Below are positions 20,234-29,138 of a DNA stretch of 64,000 nucleotides, in pieces. Below the pieces are notes generated by a model, which saw only the letters and a list, made by a program, of their open reading frames with translations, did no database searches and was not told the origin of the DNA. Each line of letters opens with the position of its first letter. Within the stretch, counting starts at the first letter, position 1. This DNA comes from Amylibacter sp. Its GTDB lineage: Bacteria > Pseudomonadota > Alphaproteobacteria > Rhodobacterales > Rhodobacteraceae. The stretch spans positions 11,778 to 75,777 of the forward strand of contig JASJIO010000030.1 of NCBI GenBank assembly GCA_037625035.1, given 5' to 3'. Both the position numbers and the translations under genes were made by a program.

Positions 20234-20929
20234 ATGCAGCGCAACGACCTGACCTTTCCAAAAACGACCTTTCTTGGCTGCATTGATGATAAATCATGGG
20301 AAGAACTGTCATCCCTTTGGACCGTCCGAACATATCCTGCGCGCCATTTCATTATTTCTGCGGAAGACCGTGAAAGTGACGATGTGTTTTTCGTCATAAA
20401 CGGGGTTGTGCGCGCCACGATTTATACCGACGCAGGGCGCGAAGTGTCGTTTCTGTCATTTTCGAACGGCGATTCCATCGGCGAATTCTCAGCCATCGAC
20501 GAAGCACCCCGTTCCAGTGACGTGGTTGCTGAAAAAGAGAGCCTGATTGCAAGATTACCGGCCGAGCAGTTTCGCAACTTGGTTAAAACCAACCCAAACG
20601 TCAGCTATGCTCTTTTGAAACTAATGATCAGCCATTTGCGCCTTCTGTCCAAACGGGTTGTGGATTTCAACGCAAAAACTGCCGATGAACGTTTGCGCGA
20701 GGAAATCCTCACGCTTGCGCGCACGCATGCAGGGGACGCGGATGAAGTGTTGATTGATCGTCCACCGACCCAATCCGAGCTGGCCTCGGTTGTGTTTTCG
20801 TCGCGCGAAAGCGTTGCGCGGGAAATGGGGCGGATGCGCAATGCAGGCGTTGCGCTTCGGGTTAAACGCAGCATACACATTCCGAGCATTCGAAAATTCA
20901 AAGCCTACATCGAACGTTCCGCGCCTTAG
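20234..20929 (+). CDS. Crp/Fnr-family transcriptional regulator
   Basis: cNMP-binding-like N-terminus and a C-terminal HTH (SRESVAREMGRMRNAG). ATG 20234 has a GGGAGA SD 6 nt upstream. Confidence 0.8.
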   Translation: MQRNDLTFPKTTFLGCIDDKSWEELSSLWTVRTYPARHFIISAEDRESDDVFFVINGVVRATIYTDAGREVSFLSFSNGDSIGEFSAIDEAPRSSDVVAEKESLIARLPAEQFRNLVKTNPNVSYALLKLMISHLRLLSKRVVDFNAKTADERLREEILTLARTHAGDADEVLIDRPPTQSELASVVFSSRESVAREMGRMRNAGVALRVKRSIHIPSIRKFKAYIERSAP

Positions 20930-20957
20930 CCTATTTCTGGAACGATTTTGGATAGCT

Positions 20958-22220
20958 TCACAGACGCAATCGAAACAGCTCGTAAATCGCCAACATCACC
21001 GCGACCCCACCAGCCAATGCATAGGGCAGACGCAACGCAAATTCACGGCCGAACCCCGGTTCCGCAAGCGTAACAACCAATCCTGCCAGCGAAGCCCCAA
21101 CAGGCATCAAGCCCCACCCAAAGAACCGGTAAATGCTGTTCACGCGGCCCAACAAATGATCAGGGATCAATCGTTGGCGATACGAAACCGTCACCACATT
21201 CCACAGCAAACCCGCGAACATTTCAACAAACAACGCAGCTGCCACCACCCAAACATTAGATGTCAGAAAAATCACGACGAACATCATTGGGAACAACAGC
21301 AGAACCGCTTGCAAACTTTGTTCCGAACCAAAACGTTGGACAATTGCGGGGCAAACCAATCCCCTGATCACGCCGCCAGCGGCACCCGCCGTCAGTAATA
21401 ATCCGTGACCAAAGCCAGACAGGTGCAAAATCTCGTGTGAAAACAGGACCAAGATCGTTAACGCCATGATCGCTAGCATGTTTGAAACGCCCAACATGAT
21501 CGCCAAACGAAGCAATTTTGGATGCTGCCACAGCCGAGAAAAACCCTCTTTGGCCTCCGCGATAAATGGCCGTTTTACCGGCGCACGGCGTGGTGGCACG
21601 GTGATCAACCAGACAACCCACGCCGCCAATGCAAAGGTAATCGCATCCAACGCAAAAGGTGCAGGGACGGCATAAGCAATCAGAAAACCAGCCAATGGTG
21701 GGCCAATAAAGCTGCCCATAATCGGCTCGATGCTCCAGATTTGGCCGTTCGCACGCTCTAAATCATTGGATTCCACAACAGATGGCAAGGCAGTTTGCGC
21801 CACGTTATCGCGCACCACCTCGGCGGATCCCAGCAGAAATGCCAAACACGACAAGGCAAAAATATACCAGCCAGCACCGCTTGGCGGCGGCAAATCTGGA
21901 AGCGTAACGATCAGTGCAACGACCCCAGCAGTAAGCAAAAAGCGCAACAAATCGGCCATGACCATCAAACGTTGGCGATCGCCACGATCGGTAATGACAC
22001 CCGCCGGTAGCGAGAAAAGCATCCAAGGCAAACGGGTCGCCAACGCCACAGTTGCAATCAAAAAAGGATCGCGGGTTATCAACGATGCCAGCCACGGAAA
22101 CGCCAATGCAGACACGCCGTCTCCTAGGTTGGAAATGGCAGACGCTGAAAACAAAAGCCGATAATTACGGTTGGTCGCGAGCAAAGACATAAAGGCCAAT
22201 TGCTGCTTTCTGTAAAACAA
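20958..22220 (-). CDS. MFS transporter
   Basis: 420 aa with about 12 hydrophobic helices. Confidence 0.8.
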   Translation of the reverse strand: MFYRKQQLAFMSLLATNRNYRLLFSASAISNLGDGVSALAFPWLASLITRDPFLIATVALATRLPWMLFSLPAGVITDRGDRQRLMVMADLLRFLLTAGVVALIVTLPDLPPPSGAGWYIFALSCLAFLLGSAEVVRDNVAQTALPSVVESNDLERANGQIWSIEPIMGSFIGPPLAGFLIAYAVPAPFALDAITFALAAWVVWLITVPPRRAPVKRPFIAEAKEGFSRLWQHPKLLRLAIMLGVSNMLAIMALTILVLFSHEILHLSGFGHGLLLTAGAAGGVIRGLVCPAIVQRFGSEQSLQAVLLLFPMMFVVIFLTSNVWVVAAALFVEMFAGLLWNVVTVSYRQRLIPDHLLGRVNSIYRFFGWGLMPVGASLAGLVVTLAEPGFGREFALRLPYALAGGVAVMLAIYELFRLRL

Positions 22221-22292
22221 TGTTAACTACTTAAAGTTGAATACCTCATCCATTTTGATAAATACAGGATCGTAGTAAAAACTTTCACAGAA

Positions 22293-23057
22293 TTACGCAG
22301 ATTTACGAGTGAACGTCAGGTTAGTTTCATCTGATAGCTTCGGTTGAAACTTGTACCCATCCAGATCGAAATCCTTCAGCCCCTCAACCACTTTAACACG
22401 ATTTTGGATCATGTAGCGCGCCATCGCACCGCGTGCGCGCTTCGCAAAAAAACCAATCATTTTCAGCTCGCCATCGCGATCCTCTTTGAACGACGGCGTA
22501 ATCACGGGCGACTTCATCGCCTTTTGATTTGCCGCTTTGAAATATTCGCTGCTGGCACAGTTCACAACTGGCGCGCCATCCGATGCAACGTCCACCGCCT
22601 TGGCCAATTTCGTGCCCCAATAGGCATACAGCGACGGGCCTTCTTTGTTGGCCAAACGACTGCCCATTTCCAAACGATAAGGCTGAATACGATCCATCGG
22701 GCGCAGCAATCCATACAGCCCACTTAAAATACGCAAATGATCCTGCGCATAAGTTTGATCTTGCGAACTGAGGTTTTCCGCATCCAAACCAACATAGGTA
22801 TCACCTGCAAACGCCAACATTGCTTGCTTGGAGTTCTGATCAGTCGATTCCTTTTGGAACCCAAGAAACCGCTTTCGATTCAATTGCGCCAAGTCTTCGG
22901 AAATCTTCATCAGATCACACAGCTCAGACACGCTCAGTTTTTTGGCAATACGCGCAAGCCGATTTGCATCCGTTTGATATTCTGGCAAAGTTTCAAGCAC
23001 ACCTTCAGACGTGTCTTCAAAATTTAACTTCTTCGCAGGGGACAGAACTGCCAGCAT
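22293..23057 (-). CDS. yaaA: Peroxide stress protein YaaA (UPF0246)
   Basis: 254 aa. MLAVLSPAKKLNF N-terminus and GLYGLLRP motif. Confidence 0.85.
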   Translation of the reverse strand: MLAVLSPAKKLNFEDTSEGVLETLPEYQTDANRLARIAKKLSVSELCDLMKISEDLAQLNRKRFLGFQKESTDQNSKQAMLAFAGDTYVGLDAENLSSQDQTYAQDHLRILSGLYGLLRPMDRIQPYRLEMGSRLANKEGPSLYAYWGTKLAKAVDVASDGAPVVNCASSEYFKAANQKAMKSPVITPSFKEDRDGELKMIGFFAKRARGAMARYMIQNRVKVVEGLKDFDLDGYKFQPKLSDETNLTFTRKSA

Positions 23058-23159
23058 ATTTCGGCTCCAAAATGTGTTATCATCTTATAGATAAATTAGC
23101 GCCAAACCGCCAAGTGTAAAGCATGGTCAAAGCGGCAAAAGATCACTTTTTGGTGCTTT

Positions 23160-25217
23160 TTATTCAGCCGCGATTTCCTCAAAAAATGCGAAACCAAACC
23201 GTTCGGCTTTGATATCACCAACACCTGCGATCCGCGCCAAAGCTTCCATGTTTGCTGGTTTCTTTTGCGCGATCTTTGACAGAGTCGAATTTGAACAGTT
23301 CAGAAACGTATCCATCCCGCTTTCCCCACGACTTAACCGCACTTGCGCTGCTTGCAATCGATCAAATAATTCGCCAGCATCTCTGCCCGCCAATTTGCGC
23401 CGTGCAGGGTGCACATCTTCTGCCGCACCATTAATAACTTCTAAAAATGGGGCTGCATATCGTTTCAACTTCACCGCGCCCACACCAGGCAATTTCGCAA
23501 AACCATCAATGTTTTTGGGCCGCGCTTCTGCCATTGAAATCAACGTTGCATCCGGAAACACAACATAAGCAGGGGCTTGCATCGCTTCTGCCAACGCGCG
23601 GCGTTTTGCCTTTAGCGCAGACAGCAACGCCTCGTCTTCATCCGCAATCATCGCCTTAACGCGGGTGCGCGACCCGCGTATTTTCACCACCGTATCTTTG
23701 CGAAGCTCGATGGTTTCTTCGCCGCGCAAGATCGGGCGCGCCTTTTGTGTCATGCGAAACGCACCATGCCGCTCCATATCGGGGCGAATTAAATCATAGC
23801 CCATCATCTGGCGGAAAATACCCTGCCACTGTGATTTGTCGTATTCTTTGCCAATCCCGAATGTGGGTAAATCATCGTGCCCACGTTGTTTGATCCGATC
23901 CGTTTTTGTGCCACGCAGCACGTCAATCAGATGACCCGCACCAAAATATTCACCTGTTCGCAAAACCGCCGACAACGCCTTGCGAACGGCTTCTGTTCCA
24001 TCAAACACTTTGGGTGGATCGGCGCACAGATCACAATTTCCACAACCATCGGTCTCATCGCCAAAATACCGCAACAAAACACGTCGCCGACATCGTCTTG
24101 CTTCGGCCAAACCCAACAGGGCGTTCAAACGGCCATGATCCGCCGCTTTCCGCTCCGGTGGGGCTAAACCTTCGTCGATTTGCGCACGGCGCAATCGAAC
24201 ATCATCCGCCCCATACAACGTTAGCGTATCCGCAGGCGCACCATCGCGCCCAGCACGGCCAATTTCCTGATAATAGCTTTCCATCGACTTGGGCAAATCC
24301 GCGTGCGCAACCCAGCGAATATCGGGCTTATCCACCCCCATCCCAAACGCGACAGTTGCAACAACGATTAATCCATCTTCGCGTTGAAACCGTGTTTCGG
24401 CCAATCGACGGGCATCTTTTTCCATGCCTGCGTGATAAAACAGCGCCGAATGCCCAGCATCGCGCAGCGCAGTTGCAAGCGTTTCACATTTGTTGCGCGA
24501 CGAACAATACACAATGCCAGATTGGCCTTTGCGGGCATCCACAAAATCCAAAAGTTGTTTGCGCGGGCTGTTTTTAGGTTGAAATGCTAGATGAATGTTC
24601 GGCCGGTCAAACCCTTGCAAAAACGTCGTAGGTTGCACGCCACCAAACAAACGCTCAACAATTTCATCACGGGTTTCGGCATCCGCCGTCGCAGTAAAGG
24701 CAGCTAACGGCACGCCCAAATCATCACGCAACGTTCCAATTCGCAGGTAATCTGGTCGAAAATCATGGCCCCATTGACTGACGCAATGTGCCTCATCCAC
24801 GGCGATTAATCGCGTATTTACTTTGCGCAACAGCATCACCGTGCCAGGGTTCGCCAACCGTTCAGGCGCGATATACAGCAATTTCAAACGCCCTTCTTCA
24901 AGCGCTTGGAACACCTCTTCAGTTTCTTCTTCTGTATTTCCAGAGGACAACGACCCCGCCGACACACCAAACGCATTCAGCGCGCGTACCTGATCCCGCA
25001 TCAACGCAATTAAGGGTGAAATGACAACTGTGACGCCATCCATACACAGTGCAGGCAATTGAAAACACAAAGATTTCCCACCACCCGTCGGCATAATTGC
25101 AAGCGTGTTTTCCCCTGCAATAACGGCATCCACAACCGGTCGCTGACCATCGCGAAACTCCGCATGGCCAAACACTTCTGACAACAACTTTAAGGGGGTG
25201 TCCTGATCGTCCAACAT
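23160..25217 (-). CDS. recQ: ATP-dependent DNA helicase RecQ
   Basis: DEAH box (VDEAHCVSQWGHDFRPDY), an RQC region and a C-terminal HRDC. Start placed at MLDDQD (25217); the track ORF extends to 25307. Confidence 0.9.
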   Translation of the reverse strand: MLDDQDTPLKLLSEVFGHAEFRDGQRPVVDAVIAGENTLAIMPTGGGKSLCFQLPALCMDGVTVVISPLIALMRDQVRALNAFGVSAGSLSSGNTEEETEEVFQALEEGRLKLLYIAPERLANPGTVMLLRKVNTRLIAVDEAHCVSQWGHDFRPDYLRIGTLRDDLGVPLAAFTATADAETRDEIVERLFGGVQPTTFLQGFDRPNIHLAFQPKNSPRKQLLDFVDARKGQSGIVYCSSRNKCETLATALRDAGHSALFYHAGMEKDARRLAETRFQREDGLIVVATVAFGMGVDKPDIRWVAHADLPKSMESYYQEIGRAGRDGAPADTLTLYGADDVRLRRAQIDEGLAPPERKAADHGRLNALLGLAEARRCRRRVLLRYFGDETDGCGNCDLCADPPKVFDGTEAVRKALSAVLRTGEYFGAGHLIDVLRGTKTDRIKQRGHDDLPTFGIGKEYDKSQWQGIFRQMMGYDLIRPDMERHGAFRMTQKARPILRGEETIELRKDTVVKIRGSRTRVKAMIADEDEALLSALKAKRRALAEAMQAPAYVVFPDATLISMAEARPKNIDGFAKLPGVGAVKLKRYAAPFLEVINGAAEDVHPARRKLAGRDAGELFDRLQAAQVRLSRGESGMDTFLNCSNSTLSKIAQKKPANMEALARIAGVGDIKAERFGFAFFEEIAAE

Positions 25218-25377
25218 CTTGCTTTTTGTATCTGCTCTTTGGGGATAGTTTTGACAGGTTGCTGATGGCTTAACAACCCGTCTCCACCCCCCATTTCCAT
25301 CCTCCAAACCTTACGATAAAATCGCACTTTAAATGGCTGACAAAAAAACCAAATCCCTATTTTACTTCGCGCATTAA

Positions 25378-26205
25378 GTGCCGATTGCGTCCATGATTGG
25401 CGTGTCGCATTCGTTGCCATTTAATGCACGATGCGCCGTATTCAGCCGCGTTGCTGGTTGGGCCATTCGATGGCTACCGCAATTCCGAATGCGCGTCGAT
25501 GAAGGCCTGAAACGGGTCTATCCGAACCTGTCGCGCCATGAACGCGGCCGCATTGCAGGTCAAGTCGGACGTAACGTTGGGCGGACGTTAACAGAAATTT
25601 TACACAACACAGAATTTGGCACAAAGCTAGATCGCTTCGTTGCACAAGGCCCAGGCCTTCAAGCACTGTTTGAAACTAAAGCCGCGGGCAAAGGCGCCAT
25701 CGTAATATCGGGTCACTTCGGCCAGTGGGAAGCGATCCGCCACTACCTCAAATCCCAAGACCTGGAAACTGGCGCCGTCTATCGCTTCAACTCAAACCCG
25801 TTTTACGAGCCCCATTTCCTTGCGGGGATCACGCAGGGTGGCGCGCCGATTGTTTCAAAAGGCAGTGCTGGAACCATGCAAATGGTCCGTCACCTTCGTA
25901 AAGGCCGGTTCTTTGCCATCCTCGCCGACCAATATGTACAAAAATCCAAAAACATCGCGTTTTTAGGCCATGAAACGCTAACCACGACTTCCTTCGCAGA
26001 GCTGGCTTTGAAATACGACATTCCACTGGTTCCTGCCTTTGGTTTGCACGATAAAAATGCGACCGACATCCACATCACATTCGAAGAACCGATCCCACAT
26101 TCCGACCCCATCACCATGATGACAGAGCTCAACGCGCGCATCGGTGCGCAAATTATCGCAAACCCCAGTCAGTGGTATTGGCTGCACCGTCGTTGGAAAC
26201 ATTAG
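25378..26205 (+). CDS. Lipid A biosynthesis (LpxL/HtrB-family) lysophospholipid acyltransferase
   Basis: 275 aa. GHFGQWE and ADQ motifs of the family. A 14-codon ATG-led in-frame leader is cut off by TAA 25375-25377. Confidence 0.7.
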   Translation: MPIASMIGVSHSLPFNARCAVFSRVAGWAIRWLPQFRMRVDEGLKRVYPNLSRHERGRIAGQVGRNVGRTLTEILHNTEFGTKLDRFVAQGPGLQALFETKAAGKGAIVISGHFGQWEAIRHYLKSQDLETGAVYRFNSNPFYEPHFLAGITQGGAPIVSKGSAGTMQMVRHLRKGRFFAILADQYVQKSKNIAFLGHETLTTTSFAELALKYDIPLVPAFGLHDKNATDIHITFEEPIPHSDPITMMTELNARIGAQIIANPSQWYWLHRRWKH

Positions 26206-26271
26206 GCAAGCCTTTACAAAGACGCCTAAAATCAGCCAAAACAGGGAACACTTTTCCATTGAGGTTGCTGC

Positions 26272-27495
26272 GTGTTGTTGATCCGATTGCTCACACTGAT
26301 TGTGGCCTTGCCGTTGCGCATTTGGGTGCTCGCTCAACGTGTCACTGGTAAAATCACGCCTCAAACTGCCCAAAACCGACTTGGCCGTGCGACCACACCT
26401 AAACCCGATGCGCCCGTGATTTGGATTCACGCAGCCTCCCTAGGTGAGCTTTCTTCGGTGCGTCCCTTTCTCAGCCATCTTTGTGAAACACAGCCAAATC
26501 ACCGTTTGCTGATCACAACCAACAATCCTGCGGCGCTGGGTGTGGCCGCGCAATGGCCCAAAATTCCAGCTATATTACAAACGGCACCGCTTGATATTCC
26601 CGCTGTTTTACGAAATTTCCTGCACCATTGGCAGCCGGTCGCTTTTGTAAATGTTGAAACAGAAGTGTGGCCAAATCGTTTCGCAGCCCTTGCCGCACGT
26701 AACATCCCATGCATCGCCCTTAATGCGCGCATGTCCGCAAAATCCGCGAAACGGTTCACAAAAATTGGCCAATCTATTGGCCTTCACCACTTCAAGGCGA
26801 TCTATGCGCAAAACGCCAGCTCGGCCGAGAATTTTCGCAAAGTTCTAGGGCCAAAAGCAATGATCGACGGGATACCGAACTTCAAATCGATGGTAAAATT
26901 GCCCAACACCGACCCAGTCTTGGTGTCTCGTTTTGATCATAAAAACACCGTCCTTGCCGCCTCCACACACGAAGGCGAAGACGTAATCATTTTGTCTGCA
27001 TTTTCCAAATTGGCCGCAAAAGACAAAGCGTTAAAATTGATAATCGCGCCGCGTCATCCAGATCGTTGCGCAGACATTTTCAAAATCGCGCAGGACATGG
27101 GATTCACACCCAAACCGCTAAATGACCCATCCGAAACAAACATCTACATTGTCGAACAGCTTGGCCAACTCCCACAACTCTATGCCCTTTCCGCTGCAAC
27201 ATTTGTGGGCGGTTCTCTGGTTCCAGGTATCGGCGGACACACGCCTTACGAACCGATCCGCGCGGAAAGCGCGATCATCACGGGTGAATTCACCAACAAT
27301 TTCTTTTCCGAATACGCTGCATTAAACGATGCAACCGCTTGCCAAATCACAGACCCAGAAACGCTGCGCCAAGCCTTTGCAAAGGCACTAGAAAACCCCA
27401 GCCAATATGCAAATAATGCGCGAGCTATTTTGCCGCCCGTTGAAAATTCAGACGCCTTATTCGCAAAAATCATTCGGTCTATGGGGCTCACATGA
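26272..27495 (+). CDS. waaA: 3-deoxy-D-manno-octulosonic acid (Kdo) transferase
   Basis: 407 aa, GT30-like. WIHAASLGE motif and ...FVGGSLVP.GGHTP.EP. Confidence 0.85.
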   Translation: MLLIRLLTLIVALPLRIWVLAQRVTGKITPQTAQNRLGRATTPKPDAPVIWIHAASLGELSSVRPFLSHLCETQPNHRLLITTNNPAALGVAAQWPKIPAILQTAPLDIPAVLRNFLHHWQPVAFVNVETEVWPNRFAALAARNIPCIALNARMSAKSAKRFTKIGQSIGLHHFKAIYAQNASSAENFRKVLGPKAMIDGIPNFKSMVKLPNTDPVLVSRFDHKNTVLAASTHEGEDVIILSAFSKLAAKDKALKLIIAPRHPDRCADIFKIAQDMGFTPKPLNDPSETNIYIVEQLGQLPQLYALSAATFVGGSLVPGIGGHTPYEPIRAESAIITGEFTNNFFSEYAALNDATACQITDPETLRQAFAKALENPSQYANNARAILPPVENSDALFAKIIRSMGLT

Positions 27496-28118
27496 ACATG
27501 TTGTCCTATTCAATAAACCGCGCCCTAAAAGGAGATCCCTTTTTACAGAGTTTCTCTGCAGATCAATCAACCCTTTTGGGTGAACTTTCCGGCAAAACCG
27601 TAGCCGTTATTGGAAACGCTCGCAGTCTCTCAAAACAAATCCACGGCGCAAATATCGACTTATGTGATATCGTCATCCGAATGCACGCCGCACCATTGCC
27701 GCAAACTAAAAGTCACGGCACAAAAACCACGTGGCTCGCGCTTGGAATGCCCGTTGATCGGGCCATTATTTTTGAACGCGCTCCAAGCCGTTTGTTGTGG
27801 ATGGCCAAAAAACGTAAGCGGCTTAAGTATCGGTATGCGAGAGCCAAAGGGTTCTACTTGCACCCCAAATCAGATTGGAATGCGATGGCGCAAATCCTGG
27901 GCGCACCCCCAACGACAGGGGCAATGTTGATAGACCTTGCTGCCCGTTCGGACGCGCAAAAAATCAACCTTTTTGGCTTTGATTTCTTTGCCAGTTTATC
28001 TTTATCTGGTCGAAGAACCGCTGCACAAGTTCCCCACGATTTTTCCGCAGAAAAGCGCTTTGTCACAAAGTTGATGCAAAATGATGCGAGGGTTGTACTG
28101 CATGGCCAGACCCACTAA
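27492..28118 (+). CDS. GT29-like (sialyltransferase-motif) glycosyltransferase; candidate ulosonic-acid (Kdo?) transferase
   Basis: 208 aa. Motif L-like: VAVIGNARSL..HGANIDLCDIVIRMH...GTKTT. Motif S-like: PTTGAMLIDLAARS..KINLFGFDFF. Motif VS-like: HDFSAE. ATGA overlap with waaA. Confidence 0.65.
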   Translation: MNMLSYSINRALKGDPFLQSFSADQSTLLGELSGKTVAVIGNARSLSKQIHGANIDLCDIVIRMHAAPLPQTKSHGTKTTWLALGMPVDRAIIFERAPSRLLWMAKKRKRLKYRYARAKGFYLHPKSDWNAMAQILGAPPTTGAMLIDLAARSDAQKINLFGFDFFASLSLSGRRTAAQVPHDFSAEKRFVTKLMQNDARVVLHGQTH

Positions 28119-28148
28119 TCCGAATACAAGCAGATACAAGAGGGCAAA

Positions 28149-29138
28149 ATGGATCGAAGCGCATCAATTGCTGACGTAATAGACACTAATCTGTCAGGGT
28201 TGGAGTCATTGAAATCCGCCCTTAATACACCAGAACTTGCGACGGCATTAAACGATGCGCTGACCTTGATTGCTGACATGAAAGGCCGGTTGATCGTGGC
28301 TGGCGTTGGCAAAAGCGGACTGATCGGGCGCAAACTTGCCGCCACCTTTTCGTCAACAGGAACGTCAGCTTATTTTGTGCATCCTGCCGAAGCAAGCCAC
28401 GGCGACCTCGGAATGATTCATTCACAAGACGTGATTATGCTGCTCAGCTGGTCTGGTGAAACAAAAGAGCTCTCTGATATCCTGGGATACGCCCGTCGTT
28501 TTGGGGTTCCCGTTATTTCGATCACTGGCGGCAAGGACAGCACGTTGGCACGATCTTCGGATGCAGCACTGATTCTGCCCAAAGTAGACGAAGCTTGCCC
28601 ACACAACCTCGCGCCGACCACTTCAACCCTTTTGCAGCTCGCCATTGGTGACGCCTTGGCGATTACATCGCTTAAAATGAAAGGCTTTACAGAAGCTAGT
28701 TTTCGCAATTTTCACCCAGGCGGAAAACTTGGCGCTGCGCTCACTCCTGTCAGTGATATCATGCACCAAGGCGACGATATTCCAACAGTCGATATCGATG
28801 CTCCAATCATGCAAGTCCTCGGAGAAATTTCCCGTAAGACACTTGGCATCGTCGGGGTCACCAACAAAGATGGCACCCTTCAAGGTGTGATTACAGATGG
28901 TGATATTCGCCGTCATCTTGAAGCAAGCTCTGAAGGTTCGATGAAAGAAGCAATGTGGAACACACATGCGCACGCGTTGATGACACCTGGTTCTATTCTA
29001 ATTGAGCCAGAACGCTTAAGCGCTCGTGCTTTGCATGTTCTACAGAGCAATAAAATTTCCGCTGCGTTTGTTGTAAAAGACAATAAACCCATCGGCGTAG
29101 TCACGCTTATGCAACTTCTTACAATGGGTGTTGCGTAG
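28149..29138 (+). CDS. kpsF: Arabinose-5-phosphate isomerase (KpsF/GutQ; SIS plus tandem CBS domains)
   Basis: 329 aa. GVGKSGLIGRKLAATFSSTG and a CBS pair at the C-terminus. Confidence 0.9.
   Translation: MDRSASIADVIDTNLSGLESLKSALNTPELATALNDALTLIADMKGRLIVAGVGKSGLIGRKLAATFSSTGTSAYFVHPAEASHGDLGMIHSQDVIMLLSWSGETKELSDILGYARRFGVPVISITGGKDSTLARSSDAALILPKVDEACPHNLAPTTSTLLQLAIGDALAITSLKMKGFTEASFRNFHPGGKLGAALTPVSDIMHQGDDIPTVDIDAPIMQVLGEISRKTLGIVGVTNKDGTLQGVITDGDIRRHLEASSEGSMKEAMWNTHAHALMTPGSILIEPERLSARALHVLQSNKISAAFVVKDNKPIGVVTLMQLLTMGVA

Noticed and set aside
23058-23159. Possible intrinsic terminator downstream of recQ (CAAAAG-ATCA-CTTTTTG region).
   Set aside because: The stem is only about 6 bp, AT-rich and imperfect, and lacks a proper GC-rich stem plus U-tract. 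This is not enough to call a terminator.
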